Translations under genes and position numbers: made by a program
Shown here: positions 33,575 through 39,019 of the stretch, one piece after another
How positions within the stretch are numbered: the stretch's first letter is position 1
How the letters are laid out: every line of letters begins with the position of its first letter
Virus record (IMG/VR): IMGVR_UViG_3300037780_000117
Span: 1-39,019 of that record
DNA: 39,019 nucleotides
Strand: one strand, 5' to 3'
From: a virus
Lineage: Duplodnaviria > Caudoviricetes
The notes under the pieces: generated by a model
The model's input: the letters and a program-made list of their open reading frames with translations, nothing else
Told to the model about the DNA's origin: nothing
Databases searched by the model: none

Positions 33575-34840
33575 TCACGCCATCAGGATGTGCTTCACCG
33601 CGGTGGTGTCCGCGAGTTCGCCGTCGAGCCGGATGTACCCGGCCATGCCGAACCCGGGCCAGAAGTCCTTGTCCTGGATCGCGGCGATCAGCGGCGAGCC
33701 GACCTTGCGCACGTAGTATTTGCCGAAATCGCCGAAGATGATCGGCTTGAGGCCGGTGGTCATGGCGGGCATCGCCTGGTTGACGATGTAGCGCCGGCCG
33801 AGGATCGTGGCCGGAACGCCGTCGCGCACGTTGCCCTGCTGCCAGATGTACTGACCGTCACCGTCTTTCAGCTTGCGCAGCGCCGCCAGCGTCGAGTCGT
33901 TGAACATGAACGCGACCCGCGGCGCGCCGCGATAGGCCGGGTTCACCGAGTGCTCGAGGTCCATCAGCTCGTCGATGGTCACCGCGGCCGTCGCCGCGGC
34001 ATCGACGCCCTTGGTCGAGGCGGTCACGATGCCGTTCGGATCGCCGGTGCCGTCGCCCACGGTCAGCTCGAGGTTCGCGCGGCGCGCCAGCCGCTCGCCC
34101 AAGAGGCCGCCGATGATCGTCTCCATGTTGAACACGGAATCGTCCACCAGTTCCCTCGAGATGCGCAGCCATTCCGTGTTGAAGGCGTAGGCGTCGAGTT
34201 CCTTCTGCCCGAAGGTGGCGTCGCTGCCGCCGTCGTCGGTCAGCGTCGCACCCTCGGTGTGCTTCACCACGACGCTCGAGGTGTCGTCGATGGTCGGCAT
34301 CCTGATCTTGCCGCCGCCCGTCGTCACGATCTCCGAGGTCACGCCGGGGTCGTACATCGGCCCGTGCATCACCATCGTCTGAACGAGGATCTGCGCCAGC
34401 GTTTCCGGAACGGTGTAGCCGCCGGCGCTGTCGGTCGTGGTCTGCGCGCGGCTTTCCACCGCCGAATAGCCGGCGCGGAGCGCGCCGCGCATCTCGTCCG
34501 GCATCGAGCCGAGATCGCCGCCCGCGCGAAGGTAGGCGTGGAACGCGGAGCGGTAGTCGGGCCGGTCATCCTCCTGGACGCCGCGGGCCTCGCCCGGCGC
34601 GCCGGGGCGGCGCGGGTCGGCGGCTTCCTCGGCAGCCCGCTCGGCGCGCTCGAGGCGCTCCAGTCGCTCGGCGCGGGCGCCGAGAGCGTCGTGCTCGGCC
34701 ATCATCGCGTCGAACTCTCGCTCGATCTCCTTGGCGCGCTCCTCGGGGGTGTCGTCGTTGATCTCGTCGAACTTGGCGCGCGCCTGCGTGGCGATCCGCG
34801 CCTGCTGCTCGCGCAGCTCGATGATCTGGCTCGTCGGCAT
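33575..34840 (-). CDS. Major capsid protein (HK97 fold)
   Basis: Coiled-coil delta domain, GGYTVP, LRKLKDGDGQYIW, FGDF; AAGGAG RBS. Confidence 0.95.
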   Translation of the reverse strand: MPTSQIIELREQQARIATQARAKFDEINDDTPEERAKEIEREFDAMMAEHDALGARAERLERLERAERAAEEAADPRRPGAPGEARGVQEDDRPDYRSAFHAYLRAGGDLGSMPDEMRGALRAGYSAVESRAQTTTDSAGGYTVPETLAQILVQTMVMHGPMYDPGVTSEIVTTGGGKIRMPTIDDTSSVVVKHTEGATLTDDGGSDATFGQKELDAYAFNTEWLRISRELVDDSVFNMETIIGGLLGERLARRANLELTVGDGTGDPNGIVTASTKGVDAAATAAVTIDELMDLEHSVNPAYRGAPRVAFMFNDSTLAALRKLKDGDGQYIWQQGNVRDGVPATILGRRYIVNQAMPAMTTGLKPIIFGDFGKYYVRKVGSPLIAAIQDKDFWPGFGMAGYIRLDGELADTTAVKHILMA

Positions 34841-34868
34841 GGGGCTGTCTCCTTCTTGCCGGTCCATG

Positions 34869-34892
34869 AAAAAGGCCGCCCGAAGGCGGCCT
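34869..34892 (-). terminator. Intrinsic terminator between protease and capsid genes
   Basis: aggccgcc-ttcg-ggcggcct followed by a T tract. Confidence 0.65.
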
Positions 34893-34918
34893 GCTCGATA
34901 GGCTGTCGGCGCGGTGCC

Positions 34919-35521
34919 TCAGCCGTTCTCCCGCGCGCTGGCGAGGTAACTCTGCTTCATCCGCAGCCGGGCGCGCACGGCCGAGAAATTGGCGGCGCGC
35001 CGTTCGCGGCGGAAATCTTCGAGGCTGCGAAGCGCGATCTCGGTGCCGGCATAGGCGGGCGTCGTGACAATCGACACGTCATGCAGGCGGGCCTGCAGGA
35101 TACGTCGGAGCGGCACCTCGTCGGTGTCGTCCCATTCCTGCCTCTCCGGCCAGAACGCGAAGCTCATCTTGTCGAGGTCACCACGCTGCATCTTGTGGTA
35201 GATCCGCTGCACGTCGGGGTCGTTCTCCGCCAGCTCGGCGCGCATCTTGAGGCCGCGGCTGTCCTCCTCGAGGCTCAGCGTGCGCGAACGCGTCCGCGCC
35301 ATCACGGTGCTGTCGTCGTGGTTGTAGACGAACACCACGTCATCACCCCGGCCGAGGCTGTCGGCGAAAGCGCCGGGCGCGATGGCCTCGCGGAAGTAAC
35401 CTCCGATATCCGTCTCCTGGTCGAAAACGGCCGCGTATCCTTCGACGACGATCGCGTCGCCCTCGGCTCGCACTTCCGCCGGCAGGCGAACGAACCGGCC
35501 CCTTGCCTCGAACTCAGGCAT
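34919..35521 (-). CDS. HK97-family prohead protease
   Basis: EGYAAVFD, YNHD, KMSFAF, DVSIVTTPAY. Confidence 0.93.
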   Translation of the reverse strand: MPEFEARGRFVRLPAEVRAEGDAIVVEGYAAVFDQETDIGGYFREAIAPGAFADSLGRGDDVVFVYNHDDSTVMARTRSRTLSLEEDSRGLKMRAELAENDPDVQRIYHKMQRGDLDKMSFAFWPERQEWDDTDEVPLRRILQARLHDVSIVTTPAYAGTEIALRSLEDFRRERRAANFSAVRARLRMKQSYLASARENG

Positions 35522-36803
35522 CGCCTTCGTCCTCCTGTGATTGTCCATCGTCCTGTCCCTCTTCGCCAGCGCCCGCGCCGGCACCTCCGACCGCCGTGAT
35601 CGGCACGGTGGCGCCCTGGATCATCAGGCTGTCGCCACCTTCGAGCGGCGGGCGGTTTTCCAGCTGGCGCGCCTCGTTCGGCGTTTCGATGCCGTTCTGG
35701 ATCGCTTGCGCGTGGCCCTCCATGCGCGTTTTGAAGTCGCCGCGCAGAAGCCCGTCGACGTTGAACTCGCAGAACTGCCGGCCGCCCCGGCCGAAGAGCT
35801 TGAGATTGAGCTCCTGCTCGATCTGCTCGAGCCACCGGCGCAGCGTGTGCTTTACCAGCTGCAGATCCTGCTGCTCGGTGTTCGAATAGGTGCCGCGCGT
35901 CAGATCCTGCAGGAAGACCGGCGGCAGGCTGTAGACGCGGGCGATCTCCTCGACGGCGAAACGCTTGATGGCCTCGAGTTGGCCCTGCTCCGGGTTTGCG
36001 CCGATCTGCTTGATATCAAGGCCCTGCGGCAGCGTCAGCGCCATGCGGCGATCCTTTGCCGCCGAAGAGATCGCGGCCTCGAAATCCTCGGCCGCCCGCT
36101 GCAGCGCCGTCGTCGTTTGGAAATTGCCGGTCACGGCGAAGGGCGGCACCCCGCCGTTGCTGAAATACCGGGCCCCGTAGTTCGCGGCCGCGATCGAAAG
36201 CGCCACCGCCTCGCGGCAGGTCATGATCGGCGAGCGGGCGCTCAGCCCGTCGCTCTTGAGCATGTAGGTCAGGTCGAGCACCTCGGCGGCCTCGTACCTG
36301 AGCTGGCGCTTTCCCTCTTGGTAGTAGTAGCGGGTGCGCAGCGCACCCTCGATCCACTCCCGCTTGACCGTCACTTTCGCGGGGTCCAGCGGCCACAGGT
36401 TGATCACGCGGCCGTTCGCGTTCCGCTCGATGAACGTCACGCCGCGGCCGCCGGTGAGAACCGCCTCCATCCAGCTCTTGCGCCACGCGTAGCTTGTCGT
36501 CTCCGGGTTCACGGCGCCGTGCAGGATCTGCGCCACGCCCGCCCGCTGGCGCGTGCGGCTGCCGTCGGCGTCGCGCCGATAGGTGTGGAGCGGCAGCCCG
36601 GCCACGGTCGCCGCGATGAAGTTGACGGCCGCGAAGACCGCGGGAACGCCGAGCGCGGCGTCGATCGTTACGGTGACGCCCGACTCGCTTTTGCCGAAGA
36701 TCGAGTCGAGCCCGAGGATCTGCACCAGCCGCGGTTCGCTCTGCGCCGCCGTGAACGGCGCCTGCGCGCGCGACTCGCGCCGCTTGAACAGTCGGCCCAG
36801 CAT
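35514..36803 (-). CDS. Portal protein (HK97 family)
   Basis: AVFAAVNFIA..LPL, EIARVY.LPP, YSNTEQQ, LLRGD, TPNEAR; ATG overlaps the terL stop. Confidence 0.95.
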   Translation of the reverse strand: MLGRLFKRRESRAQAPFTAAQSEPRLVQILGLDSIFGKSESGVTVTIDAALGVPAVFAAVNFIAATVAGLPLHTYRRDADGSRTRQRAGVAQILHGAVNPETTSYAWRKSWMEAVLTGGRGVTFIERNANGRVINLWPLDPAKVTVKREWIEGALRTRYYYQEGKRQLRYEAAEVLDLTYMLKSDGLSARSPIMTCREAVALSIAAANYGARYFSNGGVPPFAVTGNFQTTTALQRAAEDFEAAISSAAKDRRMALTLPQGLDIKQIGANPEQGQLEAIKRFAVEEIARVYSLPPVFLQDLTRGTYSNTEQQDLQLVKHTLRRWLEQIEQELNLKLFGRGGRQFCEFNVDGLLRGDFKTRMEGHAQAIQNGIETPNEARQLENRPPLEGGDSLMIQGATVPITAVGGAGAGAGEEGQDDGQSQEDEGDA

Positions 36804-38521
36804 CAGGCGGTCATCCTGTAGCCGGGGTCGAGATCCCAGGGCGTCGGCACGCCTCCCGCGGCGGCCGGGTTGAGGTCCATGAGCATCGCCGCGTTGAAGA
36901 GCGCCACCAGCGCGTCGATCTTCGCCGTGCCGGCCCGCTCTTTCGTAATGAACACGTTGTTCCCCCTCAGTTCGGCCTTGGCGTTCGCCACGCACCACCG
37001 CATCAGCGCCTGATCGGAATGGGCCAGCGTTCCGTCGAAGAGCCGCCGCTCGAGCCCCTTGATCGCGCCTGAGAGCTTGTAGCCTTGGCCCACGCCCATG
37101 ATCTGGTCCTCCGCGAACCCGCGGGTGAGCAGTTCGTCGACCAGCGCCGCCACGCCCCACGGGTCGAGGCCGATTGCCCGCGCGTCGGGCAGCAGGTCCG
37201 CGTCGCGAAGCCGCTCGCAGATATCCGCGGCGGCTGCGACATGCGCGTGCGCCGTTTCGGTGATCGTCACCTCGCCGGCCGCCTCGAGGTCGCGCAGCAG
37301 CGGCGCGATCTCCTTGCGCTGCGCCAGCGCGGCCGAGGTGCACCACGCGGTCGACCAGGTAAGCCAGCGCCGGCTTCCGCTTTCGCGGCCGATCACAGAC
37401 AGGCCGAAGAGATCGTCGGCGCCGCCCACGTCCGCGCCAACGACAGCCACCTCGCTCCGCTCGATCAGCGCGGCGAGCGAAAGCGCGGGATCGGCGGTGG
37501 CCTGCCAGTAATCGGCGCCGACCCACCGCTCCGCGTGCAGCGCCATGCCGACTTCGACATTGAGGTGCTGCGTCGCCCAGGCGATCAGCTCCTGCGGCCC
37601 GTCGGCTTCCGCGCGCTTGTACGCCGACACCAGCCGGTCCAGCGTGATCGAGCGACCGAGGTTCGGCGTCACCATTGCCCAGGTTTCCGGCTCGCGCCAC
37701 GGCTGCGCGTCGTCGCGCTGCATTTCTTCTGGGAACTCGTAAAGCACCGGCAGCGTGCGCACCTCCGCGCCGGCTACCCGTCCATCGCGCACGCCGCGCG
37801 CGTACTGCAGTTCCGAGCGGAACACCCCGGCCGGCGGGTGGTCCGATTGCGTCGTGATCATCACCAGCAGCGATTCCGGAAACGGCAGCATCCCGCCGCG
37901 CACCTGGCGCAGCACATCCTCCGCGCCCGCCTTCGAGCCCAAGATGTGCACCTCGTCGATCAGGCAGAAGATCGGCTTGCACCCGGTGAGCACGTCCATG
38001 CCGAACGTCCGGATCATGAGCCGGGCCCCGGTCACCCGGTCGACGATCGTGCGCAGATGGTCGCGCACGTGAAAGCGATCCTGCAAGAAGCCTTCCGGGT
38101 CGGCCTGGATCATGCCGGCCGCCTGGGCGAAGGCGGTGTCGGCGATTTTCTGCGTCGGGCCGATGATCAGGAGGTCGGCGTTCCGCCGCTCGTTGAGCAA
38201 CATGAACACCAGCGCCAGCGCGGCCGAGCTCGTCGTCTTCGAGTTCTTCTTCGGCACCAGCACGAACACTTCGCCGACGCCGCGCTCGATGCCTTGCGCG
38301 GTGCGCTTCTCCGAGCCGAACACGGCTCGCACGATGGCCCGCACCCAGTCTCCGGCCGCCTCGGCAAGCGGCGGCTGGCCCGGCACGTCCGGGAGACGCA
38401 GCATGTCGAACACGCCCACGGCGCGGTCGGCGCGGCGGCGGTCGAGCGCCAGGTCGGCGATTGGCGGCGCACCTCGCTCGAGGCGCTCGGCCCAGTCCGT
38501 GCAGGCGAAATCCAGCGCCAT
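36803..38521 (-). CDS. terL: Terminase large subunit
   Basis: VPKKNSKT (Walker A variant), LIDEVH (Walker B), GADVGG.DD and KIDALVA nuclease motifs. Confidence 0.95.
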   Translation of the reverse strand: MALDFACTDWAERLERGAPPIADLALDRRRADRAVGVFDMLRLPDVPGQPPLAEAAGDWVRAIVRAVFGSEKRTAQGIERGVGEVFVLVPKKNSKTTSSAALALVFMLLNERRNADLLIIGPTQKIADTAFAQAAGMIQADPEGFLQDRFHVRDHLRTIVDRVTGARLMIRTFGMDVLTGCKPIFCLIDEVHILGSKAGAEDVLRQVRGGMLPFPESLLVMITTQSDHPPAGVFRSELQYARGVRDGRVAGAEVRTLPVLYEFPEEMQRDDAQPWREPETWAMVTPNLGRSITLDRLVSAYKRAEADGPQELIAWATQHLNVEVGMALHAERWVGADYWQATADPALSLAALIERSEVAVVGADVGGADDLFGLSVIGRESGSRRWLTWSTAWCTSAALAQRKEIAPLLRDLEAAGEVTITETAHAHVAAAADICERLRDADLLPDARAIGLDPWGVAALVDELLTRGFAEDQIMGVGQGYKLSGAIKGLERRLFDGTLAHSDQALMRWCVANAKAELRGNNVFITKERAGTAKIDALVALFNAAMLMDLNPAAAGGVPTPWDLDPGYRMTA

Positions 38522-38985
38522 CAGTGCACCTGTTCCTCGGGCGGCAACAGCTCGCCCCAGCTTCCCGCGGGCTTCCGCGCGCGCTCGGCCGTGCGCGCCT
38601 TCTTGCCTTCGGGTTTCGGTTTCTTCGCCGGCTTCGGCAGCCGGTCGATCTCGGCCTGGTCCGCGATCGAGCGCAACTCCTTCATCGCCGAGACATTGCC
38701 CGCGTCGGCTGCGGCCGAAAGCTGCAGGAGCGTTCGGCCCTTGACTTCGGCCGCGGCCATTTCACGAGCGTGGGCCACGTTGATCTTGCCGGAAGCGAAA
38801 TAATGCTTGCGCAGCGTCGGCACCGATATCCCGATCTCCTCTGCGATGCGCGGCAGCGTCCACTTGGCCACCAGCAAAAGCCTGATCTTGTTCGCGTTTT
38901 CCGCGGTCGGCACATGGTCGTTGCGCCCGGGCTTACCCCGGTTTAACGGCAACGGCTCTCCGAACAGGTCAAACTCACGGCCCAA
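38521..38985 (-). CDS. Putative terminase small subunit (HTH)
   Basis: RIAEEIGISVPTLRKHY, GNVSAM; coupled to terL; TTG start uncertain. Confidence 0.75.
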   Translation of the reverse strand: MGREFDLFGEPLPLNRGKPGRNDHVPTAENANKIRLLLVAKWTLPRIAEEIGISVPTLRKHYFASGKINVAHAREMAAAEVKGRTLLQLSAAADAGNVSAMKELRSIADQAEIDRLPKPAKKPKPEGKKARTAERARKPAGSWGELLPPEEQVH

Positions 38986-39005
38986 GAAAAAAAACTCCGA
39001 ATGAG

Positions 39006-39019
39006 AGATCGGAAGAGCG
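39006..39019 (+). other. Illumina TruSeq adapter remnant (artefact)
   Basis: AGATCGGAAGAGCG at the extreme end. Confidence 0.9.

Larger units (their letters stand above)
1..39005. mobile_element. Temperate HK97-like siphophage, apparently a complete excised/virion genome
   Basis: Packaging, head, tail, lysis, lysogeny and replication modules all present; no host genes; intact attP next to int; ends fall between HNH and terS. Confidence 0.93.

Noticed and set aside
35514-37982. 822-aa ORF as a giant portal
   Set aside because: The N-terminal part overlaps terL out of frame; the portal starts at 36803
33536-38803. Long plus-strand ORFs (687, 426, 572 aa)
   Set aside because: Antisense to capsid, protease, portal and terL; no recognisable domains
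39006-39019. Terminal sequence as biological cos
   Set aside because: Identical to the Illumina adapter

Overview
An apparently complete ~39 kb, very GC-rich temperate siphophage genome with an HK97-like head, probably infecting an alphaproteobacterium (Rhodobacteraceae-like; inferred from gene families and the att core). It is shown reversed relative to the usual map and opened between the HNH gene and terS. The last 14 nt are Illumina adapter, suggesting a physical virion end. The minus strand from 38985 down carries terS, terL, portal, protease, capsid, connectors, tail tube, frameshifted tail chaperone, tape measure, a minimal tail tip and fibres, a lipoprotein and a lysis cassette. It continues with a second fibre cluster containing DGGxF/Mtd_N-like motifs, a DNA methyltransferase and an HTH-metallophosphoesterase. 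The centre holds a cI/cro switch with 14-bp operators, a rightward early operon with two more methyltransferases plus xis and int, an intact attP matching a tRNA 3' end, and a repeat-flanked promoter-ORF-HTH cassette. The left part holds a leftward early operon with a fourth methyltransferase, a P4/D5-type helicase, an iteron origin, a late regulator, a late promoter/terminator and the HNH gene. The most unusual candidate system is the fibre cluster at 18828-21741, where each protein ending in DGG(N/T)F is followed by a protein starting with an Mtd_N-like domain. All functions are assigned by motif recognition; no database searches were run.
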